A stretch of 64,000 nucleotides of DNA from Hormiphora californensis. Its lineage: Eukaryota; Animalia; Ctenophora. Location of the stretch: NCBI GenBank assembly GCA_020137815.1, contig CM035357.1, positions 310,001 through 374,000 on the forward strand, given 5' to 3'. Made by a program: the position numbers and the translations under genes. Below are positions 34,071 to 45,308 of this stretch, piece after piece; positions within the stretch are counted from its first letter, which is position 1; each line of letters opens with the position of its first letter. The notes beneath the pieces were generated by a model. It saw only the letters and a program-made list of their open reading frames with translations, did no database searches and had not been told where the DNA came from.

Positions 34071-35571
34071 GATGAAGATCGTTTTGATGGGCAGTATATA
34101 CTGGACAGGTTGTACTGTTGGAGTTGTGATTTCCACTGCAGTGGATACACTTGGCCTCGGCTTGACAGGGATCCGCTGTATGCGTGCTTACCCTCTCACC
34201 ACATTGAACGCAGGCCTCGTTGTTATTGCACCATGCGGTCCAGTGCCCGTATTTCCAACACTTTCGACATTGGAGCGGTTTGATCACCCGTCTGTCGATA
34301 TACTCACGTATACGGAAGTGCCTTGTGTCTATGTTTAGTCCCATAGTTATAGCCTTATTCCTCAGATCTTCCGATTCAAAGATTAGCCGTACAGAGTATC
34401 TTGGGTTTCCATTGTTATCAGTGAATCTGTAAACTTTTGGCGTTGTTCCCAGTTCTTCCGAGCAGGCTTCCATAATCTCAGTATCAGAGACTTCTAGAGG
34501 AACATGATCCATAACTGCCTTTTGACTCGGACCTGTGTTAGCGAGGATGACGGCTGAGGTTTTAGTCCCTTCACCCCCAAAGAATTTAGGTTGCCACCCG
34601 TCAACTACCTTATGTGCATCTGCAGGGGATGTCAATTCTATAAGCAATGAACCCCTAGTGGTAGGTTTAAATTGGTCTACTGGCATGTTAGGATAGTTTA
34701 AATTAAATTCAGTCAAGATTAAATGTCCCTGTGCTAAATATCTACTATAATTAACCACCCCTCTCACTTGTACAGTCCGTTTTGGATCACATCTCGACTT
34801 CCCTACTTCTCTCGTTCCCTCAGGCATCTTAGGCCTCACCGTTCCACCGATTGACTGTCCCATGGTGTTCACTCTTCCGGCATCTTGCCATGTTGAATCA
34901 TTGGCTGGTTCACTGATCGGGACGTCCCTGCGACGGGCTGGGCTGAATGTTACATTGTTTGAGCTCACAGCAGATGTTGTACTAGCAGTGTTCAAAGGAG
35001 GAGTCAAGTAACTCTTGTTCAATGATTTACCGACTTCCTCTACAATATTGGTGTTTATATCGGTAAGAAACGCGGTAACTTTGCCTATCATGGCCTGCTC
35101 AAAGTTTTCTAAACGATCGTCCAATATCTTCTGGGTAAGTACAGACGGTTCGTTGCTCATACTCTTAATAGTACAGTTCAGTTCATCGTCCCTACAGCTG
35201 GGACAAAACCATGCTAAACCCTCGTATTCGTTTATCAGCAAACAGGTTTTATCATCATCTAGAACGGCAGAACAGTCACTATTTCGGCATGTTACAGTAT
35301 ACTCGCCATTGATGGTTGACGGGGCATTAGATGCCTGCTCATGTAGATCGTCCAAAAGTTCAAGCGTGAGACAGTACGCACTCCTCAATAACTGTAGTAT
35401 ATCAGTACGGCTGGGCTTGGAAGACGGGGGATTTGGTGATCCCTTGGTGACAAAATTCATTAACCCTTTCTGTTCAACTGCGGCTTTCAACGCAAGAAAT
35501 CCATCGTGGGTGTCTCGAACAGTTTTCATATCGGGGTTATCCTCCCCGTTCTTCTTTTTCGTTTTAGTCAT
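34063..35571 (-). CDS. LINE ORF1: gag-like with triple CCHC knuckles and partial PHD-like N-terminal Cys cluster
   Basis: QCRKCWKYGHWTAWC..CVQCG..H..C..CIHCSGNH..CP; CRNSDC...WFCPSC. Confidence 0.9.
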   Translation of the reverse strand: MTKTKKKNGEDNPDMKTVRDTHDGFLALKAAVEQKGLMNFVTKGSPNPPSSKPSRTDILQLLRSAYCLTLELLDDLHEQASNAPSTINGEYTVTCRNSDCSAVLDDDKTCLLINEYEGLAWFCPSCRDDELNCTIKSMSNEPSVLTQKILDDRLENFEQAMIGKVTAFLTDINTNIVEEVGKSLNKSYLTPPLNTASTTSAVSSNNVTFSPARRRDVPISEPANDSTWQDAGRVNTMGQSIGGTVRPKMPEGTREVGKSRCDPKRTVQVRGVVNYSRYLAQGHLILTEFNLNYPNMPVDQFKPTTRGSLLIELTSPADAHKVVDGWQPKFFGGEGTKTSAVILANTGPSQKAVMDHVPLEVSDTEIMEACSEELGTTPKVYRFTDNNGNPRYSVRLIFESEDLRNKAITMGLNIDTRHFRIREYIDRRVIKPLQCRKCWKYGHWTAWCNNNEACVQCGERVSTHTADPCQAEAKCIHCSGNHNSNSTTCPVYTAHQNDLHHG

Positions 35572-36261
35572 GGTTTCTGCCCTTAGGGGCGGCTAGTGGG
35601 TCGCCATCCTAAAACTCAAATTAAATTGGGAAAGCCGGGTTGACCGGTTCAACTTTATATAAGAAATAAATCAGGTTACACAATCACTATATACACATTA
35701 AATTGGTCATTAGGACTATAAAAGTAATAAGTTAGATTATAAGGTTAAAATCATTGTCAAAAGAATTAAATCGGGTAAAACAGTTTCCTCTGTACCCCCT
35801 TATTGATATCAGCGGAAATTTTGTCATATCGGTTAAGCGCCGCGCAATAAAGTACGCTGCATATTGACGCAGCGCAGCTTATTCTTGCGCGCGCGTCGAA
35901 ATTTAGCAGCTCCACACACACACGTCGCGTCGCGTTCTTTTTGCTCAAACTTTTTTAAACATCGTCTGGAGTCGTGTCACTGGTAAATTGTACAACCATT
36001 CTTGCTGTGTCTCTCTCCCTTATCTCCGTGTCCAAACACTTGTGGTACACTCGCACACATGTTACTTTCTCGAATATTTTTTTGTTACATTTTTGCATTT
36101 TGCACTGCTTGAAATTTGAATCGCTACCCCCTTTCTCTCTTTGACAGCTTCTCCTCGGCTGTTGCAACTTAATGGTGTTGGGGTGCTTTCTATTTGAATT
36201 GCAACTACTTTCTAAAAGTTACTTTTACCTACAGAAAAGGTGATAATGTAAGTTGCTTTCA

Positions 36262-37440
36262 ATGAACATTCTGCTTCGAAGGAGCCCTACCCTTGGGTCT
36301 ATTCCCGTGAGGTTTTGTCAACACCGCCAGTTACACAGATCTGTTGTTACCGGGGAAGAAGTCCAGGCTGGCTGTGAGAAACTTCCCGAGTTAACAGCAT
36401 TCTGGCCCTTTCACCTGTGGCCCTCAGACGTTACAGCAACGTTAGTTGACACCTTTCAACAGAGTTCAGGGTTGCCGTGGTGGGCGGCTATCTGTGTAGC
36501 GGGGGCAGCAGTTAAACTTCCCATGTTTGGGTTTAATATCTACAACTACCGGTCTGTTCAGCAGTTTGTTACCACACAGCCCAGGGTTATGGGACATTTT
36601 GTTATGACGTACCTGAACAACCTAGTGACAAAGGGGGAACACCACGCACTGAAGATGGCTAATAATGAACGGAGATTTACTATACTAAGGGAGGGGATGA
36701 ACGCTGAAGTATCAATGAAAGCCACGCTCCGAACACATATATACTATCTTCCTATTTATTATCTAGTGGGAGCCCACCTTGCCATGGTTACTGGATTAAT
36801 GTGGCTAAACAAGATACAGTATGTACCACTAACACTCGCCTCAACTCCCTGGTCCTCTGCAGTTGATCTGACTATTAGTGATCCTTCTCTAATCCTCCCT
36901 TCAATATGTCTAATAGCAGTTGCAGTTCACCTCTACTTCCACCCTCTAACTCACTTCCTACCTGTACCCTCAACCAGGACCCTTCTCTCCCCATCCTACC
37001 TCCCCCTCCTCGCCCCTCCCCTTATAGTTGCCTTTACTACCCTCTGCAACGTCCCTTCTGACATCCTTATCTACATAATCAGCACCACGTTAACTTCCAC
37101 GGTCATGGGCCTCTCTCTCCGACACGATGCTGTATCACGTGCTGTGGGCCTTTTATCAGGGGGTGAGGTGATGAACAGACTCCTTCCCCCTGCTGCTACT
37201 ATCAAAGAGTTTAGTGTGACACTCAAGAGACAGGATCTTTTGTTGGAACAAAGGGATCAGCAGCTGTTGGAAGCAAAGGAGAGGTTGTTATTGAAGGAGC
37301 AGGGAGAGAAGGTTGAAGAGTTGGTGTCAGGTCTAGAGGATGATGAACTAAAGAAGTTAGAAGATGAGAGGGATGTTCGATTTGTTAAAAAGACAACGCT
37401 TTCCCCCGCTTTGAACGTGCATAAAAAGTTCGATGTTTAG
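36262..37440 (+). CDS. Oxa1/YidC-family mitochondrial inner-membrane insertase (OXA1L or COX18-like), intronless
   Basis: Basic presequence-like N-terminus, GLPWWAAI, DLTISDPSLILP, further TMs, charged helical C-tail (favours OXA1L). Confidence 0.85.
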   Translation: MNILLRRSPTLGSIPVRFCQHRQLHRSVVTGEEVQAGCEKLPELTAFWPFHLWPSDVTATLVDTFQQSSGLPWWAAICVAGAAVKLPMFGFNIYNYRSVQQFVTTQPRVMGHFVMTYLNNLVTKGEHHALKMANNERRFTILREGMNAEVSMKATLRTHIYYLPIYYLVGAHLAMVTGLMWLNKIQYVPLTLASTPWSSAVDLTISDPSLILPSICLIAVAVHLYFHPLTHFLPVPSTRTLLSPSYLPLLAPPLIVAFTTLCNVPSDILIYIISTTLTSTVMGLSLRHDAVSRAVGLLSGGEVMNRLLPPAATIKEFSVTLKRQDLLLEQRDQQLLEAKERLLLKEQGEKVEELVSGLEDDELKKLEDERDVRFVKKTTLSPALNVHKKFDV

Positions 37441-37628
37441 ATATCTTATGACATGATTGTGTTAACTTATTTTTGTTTTTTATCTGCTTTTTTTCTATTG
37501 AACTCTGTTTGTTATACTATCTCACTGCACACAAATGAACGGTTCAACTTTTCTATCGTTCTCAGTTTTGGTCACACTAAAAGCACTTATCCCATATTTT
37601 AACACGCTCCCCCTTTTTCTCTCTAGTT

Positions 37629-39428
37629 ATGTCATACACAGGTGGAGGTGGTGGCTACTATACACAGCAACAACACAATGGTAACCATAGTTACAACAGT
37701 GGTAACCAAGGTTACAATGGTTACCAACAACAATACTCCCAATACCAAAACACGGCAGCAGCTCCATCAGCCCAATACAGCTATCAGCAAGGGGTTGGTA
37801 CAGTAGCCGGTACCCAACAGTACAACAATACAGTAACCGCGGCACAACAGTATAACAACACTGCCGCAACACAGTATAACAACGTGTCAGGGGCTTACCA
37901 AACACAATACAATATGGCTGGTGGAAGTTATGATTCGTATGGTCAGCAATACAAAGCAACCTACGATCTACCGCCCTCAATCCACACGGACCCTTCCTTC
38001 CACAACACTCAATACGCAGTGCCTCGAATGACCAACAAGCGGAAGAAAACCAATTACACCGGAGCTGCATCTCGGACATTTCCAGTTTCATCCGGCACCC
38101 ACCACAAACGGTCAAGTGAAGGATTCGTCCCAAAGAGAAGTAACACGATTCCCCCTGCTGTGGTATCTCGACTTGCTCTCGCTAAATCCAAACTAGAGAT
38201 AGACCCAAACAGTCACCACGCACAGAACGAACTGGCGGAGGCTATGAGTGAGTACCACGCGTTCCAGGAGCAAAAGGAGAGCGATTTGTTGGCATCCGCC
38301 CAGCACCAGATGGAGGCAACAGGTTACACCGGACCGGGGTTGTTTACTGGAGAGGCTCTTGTAGCACCGATGGACAAACAAGAGTTAGATTCGAATGATG
38401 AGCGGACTTTTGCACGTCCTGACATGTTCCAAAACTTGAAGCCTCTTCGTGAGAACTTCGGGAAGGTTCTGATGCGCAAATACGGGTGGAGGGAGGGGAA
38501 ACCTCTTGGGATGAGTGGGGTTGGGTCCCTGGCTCCCATTGAACTGACGGTGAAGGTGGACAGGAAGGGGTTGATGGACTCCATGGAGTATGTAAGGAAG
38601 AAACCGGAGGGGGTCAACAAGAACGAGGGACCAGCCTGGATCTGTAAAGTCGTGAATCAGAAGAATGCAGTCTCTGGGTTAGGTGAGCTACACCAGTCTC
38701 TAGGGATACCTACACCAGTATACAAGCTAGTGAAGGACACGGTGGGATGCTTTAAATGGAGTGTCAGTACTAACTGGGGGGCGTTCACAACACCCGGGAC
38801 AGGGATGAGGAGTAAGAAGCTTGCAAAGACACAATGTGCTTATAACGCCCTGAGGGAGATACTGAATATGGAGAGTGAAAGGCTGGGAGTTGAACCACCC
38901 ACCCTGGCTACCGAGTCTGATCCTTCCATGGCTGTGTTTGTACCGTCTAACAGGTCGATCGGGGGCAAGAGACTCCTGTATAAACACTTTTACAAGGCTG
39001 GTAACTTGGTGAATCTGTTGAAGAGGGCGGAACATGTCAAGTATGGGGAGGGGTGTGATTATGATAGCAATCTAGCACCACCACCCTCGCCCCCTACACC
39101 ACCACAACCAGTAGTAGACCCCTCCCCTGCTGCTCCTTCATCAACTGCAACAGAAACTAAATCTACCAAAGCAGCTAAAACTACAACCCCTCTCACAACT
39201 GGTAATTGGATGGCAGATGCTGTTAATGGTAGGAACGCCTGTAACGCACTACTAGCACTGTGTACCAAAATGTTTAAAGGAGCTCCGGAAGAAGTACACT
39301 CAATACATGAAAGGAGAACACTATATAACAGTTACAACCCCCGTGGGGGTCCTACACACCACCTGCCTGTAAAACCAAACCTGCAGTGCGGCTCAGAGCG
39401 TCTTACATGGCTGTCCAGGATATATTGA
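37629..39428 (+). CDS. SON: SON-like G-patch plus dsRBM protein with Y/Q/N-rich N-terminus, intronless
   Basis: PGLFTG...GKVLMRKYGWREGKPLG...G...PI....KVDRKGL...KNAVSGLGEL...KKLAKTQCA follows the SON C-terminal arrangement. Confidence 0.75.
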   Translation: MSYTGGGGGYYTQQQHNGNHSYNSGNQGYNGYQQQYSQYQNTAAAPSAQYSYQQGVGTVAGTQQYNNTVTAAQQYNNTAATQYNNVSGAYQTQYNMAGGSYDSYGQQYKATYDLPPSIHTDPSFHNTQYAVPRMTNKRKKTNYTGAASRTFPVSSGTHHKRSSEGFVPKRSNTIPPAVVSRLALAKSKLEIDPNSHHAQNELAEAMSEYHAFQEQKESDLLASAQHQMEATGYTGPGLFTGEALVAPMDKQELDSNDERTFARPDMFQNLKPLRENFGKVLMRKYGWREGKPLGMSGVGSLAPIELTVKVDRKGLMDSMEYVRKKPEGVNKNEGPAWICKVVNQKNAVSGLGELHQSLGIPTPVYKLVKDTVGCFKWSVSTNWGAFTTPGTGMRSKKLAKTQCAYNALREILNMESERLGVEPPTLATESDPSMAVFVPSNRSIGGKRLLYKHFYKAGNLVNLLKRAEHVKYGEGCDYDSNLAPPPSPPTPPQPVVDPSPAAPSSTATETKSTKAAKTTTPLTTGNWMADAVNGRNACNALLALCTKMFKGAPEEVHSIHERRTLYNSYNPRGGPTHHLPVKPNLQCGSERLTWLSRIY

Positions 39429-39923
39429 GACAGGAGGCGATTAGGACAGGTAAACCTATACCTAGGGAGGAGAGGAATAGCACTGAGGAGGTTATGAACT
39501 TCAAGTTTTACTGAGAGAGCTGAGGAGGTGATAAACTTCAAGTTTTACTGAGAGCTGAGTGTTCTGACTTCTGGTCAAGTTTTACTGAGAGCTGAGTGTT
39601 CTGGTGTTCATGAACTTCAAGTTTTACTGAGAGATGTGTGTGGGAGTGTGTTCATTGTGTGTTCTGGTGTTCATTGTTTGGACTGTTTAAACTCTTGATT
39701 TGAGTAGTTACTGTTGTGTGTTATTGTTGTGGAAAGTGAGAGACATTATTGTGTTGATCTGGATCACGAGATTGAGAGAGAGGAGGAGAGAGAAAGAATT
39801 ATATACTTCAGCAGTGCTATTTTGTTATTTTTATGTACTGTTGATCAATTTTTAACACACGTTCACTTTTCCTCTGACCTCATATAATAGTTACTCAATA
39901 CCGAATAACAAATTGAAATGATT

Positions 39924-41690
39924 GGGGGGGGGTTCAACCCTAAAAATGTCCATTGATACCCACTTTTTTGGCAAATGGAAATTTTATATTGGAAATTTTT
40001 AGAAATTTTTAGAAATTTTTAGAAATTTTTGGAAATTTTTGGAAATTTTTAGAATTTTTTGGAAATTTTTAGAAATGTTTAGAAATTTATGGACGATGGA
40101 AATTTTTGGAAGTTTTTAGTAAATGGAAATTTTTAGAAATTTTTAGAAATTTTTAGAAATTTTTAGAAGTTTTTAGAAGTTTTTAGAAGTTTTTAGAAGT
40201 TTTTCGGTAACCCAATTGTAAGCTAATGACAGGTAATCTTTGCATGTTTTCGACAGTAAGTTAGTTATACGGGGGGGGGGGGGGGGGGGCCGGCTGAAGT
40301 TTTTGAAGTTTGAAGTTTTCCACCCTACTTTTTGAGTTTTTGAAGTTTTTGAAGTTGACTTCAAAAACTTCAAAAACTTCAAAAACTCTAAACTACTTTT
40401 ATATGCTATCAGTGACTATTATTACACTTGTTTAGGTTAGTTTCATGCTTAATACATATTGTGGCAAAGTTATCCGCCCTTGTCTGCCCTTTTTCTACCA
40501 CAATTTAGGATATTTGCAATGATTCCTAGCCATGAAATCCATGGCACAATTTGGTGTAAAAAATTTAATTTTTTTGTAAAATCAGATTTTATTTTCATTC
40601 TATAACTCAACAAATTGCCCAGAAAATGCTAAGAAAGTGTTCAAAAATTATGTAGTAAATTTTCAAATTTTTTTTGGGGCCACACCCTTTTTGCCAGTTT
40701 CACAAAATGCAAATTTTTTTATGAAGGGAGTAGTGAAAAATATGGACACCAAAATCATCAGCGGTCTCGAGTTAGTGGGGGTACGTGCCAAAATGAAGTC
40801 TCCACCTCATCTAATTCGAGGGATAATGGGATATTTTCATAATTTTGTGTGTGCGCATGACTTTATTTTGTGCTAGACCAGTTTTAATGGTTTTTGAGTG
40901 ACTATAGGCTTTTTAAAGGGGTGCATCTTGTTCGGAATATGCAAGTTTATATAAGAGTTATGAAGCAACATAGGGCCTATCTCCAACGGTTTGGGAGATA
41001 TGAGCTTTTGAAGTTTTTGAGGTTTTTGAAGTTTTCCACCCTAAGTTTCTCTTTGAAGTTTTTGAAGTTGACTTCAAAAACTTCAAAAACTTCAGCCGGC
41101 CCCCCCCCCCCAGTTATACAAGCTACATCCATGATCTACAGTGATCTAGCTTAAAAAAGAGTTTAAAGTTTCTATTTTGTATGCTAAGAAACCCGATCTA
41201 CTACGGTATTAGGCATTCCGTCCGAAGGAATGTAAGGTATCTTGTGCTATTTGGTAACTTACTTTTCAATAAGTTTTCGAGACGCCCTTAGTTGGCCTTA
41301 GTTGGCCAATTAATCTATGATTTCTGAAGAAATTGTACGGATTGCCAAAAAATATATGATCTCGATGTTTTTGACCTATTATTAAATGATTTATTGATGC
41401 TCAGTGCTCACTAGAGGTAAGGAAAAGTAACCAGTTCTGCGACAACTGTGTTTGTATATTTTCATGTTTTTGTTAGTTTTTCTTTTCTTGGTCAATGGAA
41501 ATTTTTGGAAATTTTTGGAAATTTTTAGAAATTTTTGGAAATTAATGGAAATTTTTGGAAATTTTTAGAAATTTTTGGAAATTTTTAGTACTAAAAACTT
41601 CTAAAAATTTCTAAAAAATTCTAAAAATTTCCATCGATACCCGGATTTTGGCAAATGGAAATGGAAATTTTTAGGTTGAACCCCCCCCCC
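39924..41690. mobile_element. TIR element with poly-G/poly-C termini and (GAAATTTTTA)n subterminal arrays
   Basis: ATGATT|G-run-TTCAACCCTAAAAAT ... ATTTTTAGGTTGAA-C-run|ATGATT. Confidence 0.85.
40271..41111. mobile_element. Nested TIR element with poly-G/poly-C termini, 8-bp TSD
   Basis: AGTTATAC|G-run-CCGGCTGAAGTTTTTGAAG ... CTTCAAAAACTTCAGCCGG-C-run|AGTTATAC. Confidence 0.9.
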
Positions 41691-41931
41691 ATGATTCGTG
41701 TTTATATCAAACAAATGTTTCTCTAGCTACCAAACAACAGGGTCAATAATACACAGCTGATTACTGATTTCGGTTTATTGACCGCTGCTGTCACTTCTGT
41801 TTCGTAGTAAAACATTAATTGTTTGATATAAACTCTAATCGTTTCAATGTGATAGACTTACTATCCCATTTCTAATATTTAGAGACTTACAATTCCCCAG
41901 ACCCCATTTCTAATGTACCTTTTCATTACAA

Positions 41932-42098
41932 CCCTATTAACCTCACAGCTAGATAGCTATAATTCTCCCTATTAACCTCACAGCTAGATATCTATAATTC
42001 TCCCTATTAACCTCACAGCTAGATAGCTATAATTCCCCCTATTAACCTCACAGCTAGATAGCTATAATTCTCCCTATCTATTCCTCACAGCTAGATAG
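41932..42098 (+). repeat. Tandem ~35-bp repeats of the acceptor-like site just upstream of the DCP1 ATG
   Basis: CCCTATTAACCTCACAG|CTAGATAGCTATAATTCT, about five copies. Confidence 0.9.
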
Positions 42099-42105
42099 CA
42101 ATATA

Positions 42106-45100
42106 ATGGATAAAGCCTTTCAAAAGGACGAAAGGAGGATAGATCTGGGATGTATCAGGAATGTCGACTCCTCCATCTCACACATCCTAGATAAGAGTGA
42201 CAACGTGGCTTTTTACCGCTTTGAAAATAACTCATGGGTAGGGAATACTAATATTAGCATGAAACTGTAGACAATGTTTCACAATATCTTCAATATTAAG
42301 AACTTTGTTAAATGAAGCTGTCAGCTGTGACAATGAGATTGTTAAATTATTCTGCTCACCACACACTACTTCCTCAGCACAAGCAAGACATAGAGGGGTC
42401 CCTGTTTGTATTTGCCCGTTCAGTTAGCCCCTTCTACGGGGTCATCATTTTAAATCGACGCAGTCTTTCTGACAATGTCATTGAGGTAAGATACCTGGAC
42501 TTCCCTGGTTATACCCTTTTTTTAATTCTGAATTCTACCCCTGATATCTCCTGCTATCTCCTTACATTTTCCGGCTCTGGTCTCTATCAGCGAGTCCCGT
42601 TTATCAGTATACTAATCTCTTCCCCCTAACCCTCCCCCTCCTAACCCTCTCTCCTCTACCCCTAGTTGCTAACCCTCTCTCCTCCCCCTCCCAACCCTCT
42701 CTCCCCCACCTAGTTGCTAACCCCTCCCTAGATCCCTCCTAACCCTCTCTCCTCCTAACCCTCTCCCCTCCCCCCTAGTTGCTAACCCTCCCTAGGTCCC
42801 TCCTAACCCTCTCCCCTCCCCCCTAGTTGCTAGCCCCTTCCTAGGTCCCTCCTAACCCTCTCCCCTCCCACTCCTAACCCTATCTTCTCCCCTCCTAACT
42901 CTCTCTTCTCCCCTCCTAACCCTCTCTCCTCCCCCTAGGTCCCTCCTAACCCTCTCCCCTCCCCCTCCTAACCCTCTCTTCTCTCCCCCTAGTTGCTAGC
43001 CCCTTCCTAGGTCCCTCCTAACCCTCTCTTCTCCCCTCCTAACCATCTCTCCTCCCCCTAGTTGCTAACGGATGGGTTGGAGTTTCAGCGAAGTGGTCTC
43101 TACCTGCTATACAAGGCACGGCAACAGACATCTCATGATGCAGGCATTAGAAGTATTTGGTTTGAAAATGAGGGGGCTTGTGTACGGATCTCAAATCTAC
43201 TTAACAGGTTATTACCAATTTTTGGCAAGATCTGAATGATGGAATACATTCAGAGCTTGGCAGTTAACTGTGACAGAGAAGATAATTGACTGGCCTTGTT
43301 TAACAGTGTACACTGCACTATTGTTTGATAAACAGTGTACTACACAATGTGTAAATGTCTACAAATTTACTACGCACGTGAAATACTAGATCCCTCCATT
43401 ATCCCTCAGTATCTCTCTGAGATTGTAATTAATTTGTACGTCACGCACATCCCCCCTCACACACACCCCTCTCTCCGTAGGTTAATGAGAATGAAGAAAG
43501 GAGATGAGGATAACACCACCCCAACTGGAACACCCAATAAAACACCCTCCCAGAGAGTCTCCAACAATAAATCCCCAACCCCAGCAGCTAAACAACCCAA
43601 ACAGCCTGCTAGATCACCGAATAACAAGAAGTGTGACAGAGCAGAGGAAGGTGGGTTGAGAGTTGGTGGCGCGCGGTGATCCCCACGCAACTTCGTTTAG
43701 GAATTGTCAGCAGTGCAATGCGGCGCGCACTTACACACACAACATCCCCGGATTTTACATCTGGAAGGATTTCAAGTTTTTACGGCTATTTTCGTCAATA
43801 TATTGATGAGGAATATGACATGTAACAAGTTGTATCTTTTCAGCTGTGAAGCCTGCACCAATGGTGAAGAAAGGAGGGAGTTTTCTCGATATGTTTTCAA
43901 CAGCGCACCAAAGATATTCCGACTGTACTACCACTCCTGTGAGTGTTTTTTCAGTGTAACTATTCATAAAATCCAATATTTTTATTGGATATCGATGGTC
44001 TAACTTGCTCTATTCTACTCAGGTATCAAATGTTCAGCAACCACAACACTCCAAACCTATCAAGATAATGAAGAGGAATGAAGAGATGGAGGAAGCTAGT
44101 ATCATCCCAGAACCACGACCCAAATCTGATGATTTATCATGTGGTAGCAGCCGGGGTGTTCCTATTACATTCCAAGATTTAGTTAACAGTGTCCAGCCTA
44201 ACTCTGAAGAGTAAGCTATTATTTGATAACTCAATTTCTATCCCCATTAAAACTATATTTCCTTTTCCATTTCTTTTGATATTTCCTGTCTTTGAGAGAG
44301 AGAGAGAGAGATAAACTAATAAGGTCCTTATTACTAGTTAGTACATTATTATCCTTATTAAGGATAATAATGTACTAACTAGTAGAGATAAGGTAGAGAT
44401 AAACTAATCATATTACTCCTAGGAAAGTAAGACCGGCCAGTTGTTGTAGTTTAGAAGGGACGTCCGTATCATCAGCCAGTGTTGAGGAAATACCTGTAAG
44501 TTGCTCAGATGTCCCCCTCCTCCTTTTATTTCGTGTTTCTGAATTCTGTCATTCTTCGGTGGTAATGATGCTATTACTGCTTGTCAGAGGCCCTATTTTT
44601 AATCCATCTCTAAATCCACCTCTTTAACCCCCCCCCCCTTCTCAGATCTCAATAAACGGTGAAAGTAACTCCCCCGGTAGCAGTATTCCCTCTAATCACC
44701 GTGTTAATGGTATCACCACAATACAACCTACCTCTATACATCAACCTCCAGTAGTACCTACCTCCCTGTTCCCCAACAAGCGACCCAGCTCCCTTTCTGA
44801 GACGAAACTACTCCTGTCCCCCATGGACTTCCTCAAGACAAGAAATCAGGATGTTAATAAGGTTGGGGATGGAGCTGCAAAGCGGCAGTTGTTCACAAAC
44901 GGTAATTTGTTAAATCCTGACACCCTTCTCTCCTTCCCGACACAAATCTTTACTTCTACCGACTCTTCTACCAATTGATATGTTCCCTAGGACCTAGCTC
45001 CCTTCCGTCTTTTCAGGAACTTATAATATTCTTCTCTTTAACCCACTTCCATATCCCCAGCACCCTCTAACCCCTTTCCTTCCATATCCCCAGCACCCTC

Positions 45101-45308
45101 TAACCCCTTTCCTTCCATTTCCCCAAGCACCCTCTCTAACCTCTCCCTAACCTCCATTCCCACCTCAGGTACTCCAGCACCGTCGTCCCAGGACCTCTTC
45201 CACTTCAAGGAGGTACTGATTGCAGCTCTCGAGGAGGACGATCAGCTGGTAAGGAGGCTCTACGGACTATACCAAAAACGAACAACAACAGGCACACCCG
45301 CTAGATAA
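42106..45308 (+). CDS. DCP1: mRNA-decapping activator DCP1
   Basis: EVH1 domain across exons ~42106-42237, 42378-42485, 43062-43207 (VAFYRF..W, DIEGSLFVFAR...P.YG.IILNR, YLLYK, IWF); low-complexity middle exons; LLLSPMDF motif; C-terminal trimerisation helix FKEVLIAALEEDDQLVRRLYGLY. One middle exon boundary is unresolved. Confidence 0.9.
42622..43068 (+). repeat. Tandem repeats of branch point, pyrimidine tract and TAG|TTGCTA in DCP1 intron 2
   Basis: CTAACCCTCTC...CCCCTAGTTGCTA recurs about six times. Confidence 0.85.

Larger units (their letters stand above)
30105..35938 (-). mobile_element. Apparently full-length non-LTR retrotransposon (LINE) with (TAA)n 3' tail
   Basis: Two intact ORFs, AT-rich 3' UTR, (ATT)n at 30105-30124 on the plus strand. 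The 5' end is approximate and no clear TSD was found. Confidence 0.9.

Noticed and set aside
35015-35596. 193-aa plus-strand ORF
   Set aside because: Antisense shadow of LINE ORF1.
35620-35631. TTAAATTGGGA as LINE TSD matching ~30095-30104
   Set aside because: AT-rich and possibly chance; LINE-like 5' UTR sequence seems to continue to about 35938. Unresolved.
42622-43060. Interstitial telomeric (CCCTAA) repeats
   Set aside because: Not a tandem hexamer array; better explained as duplicated branch-point/acceptor units.
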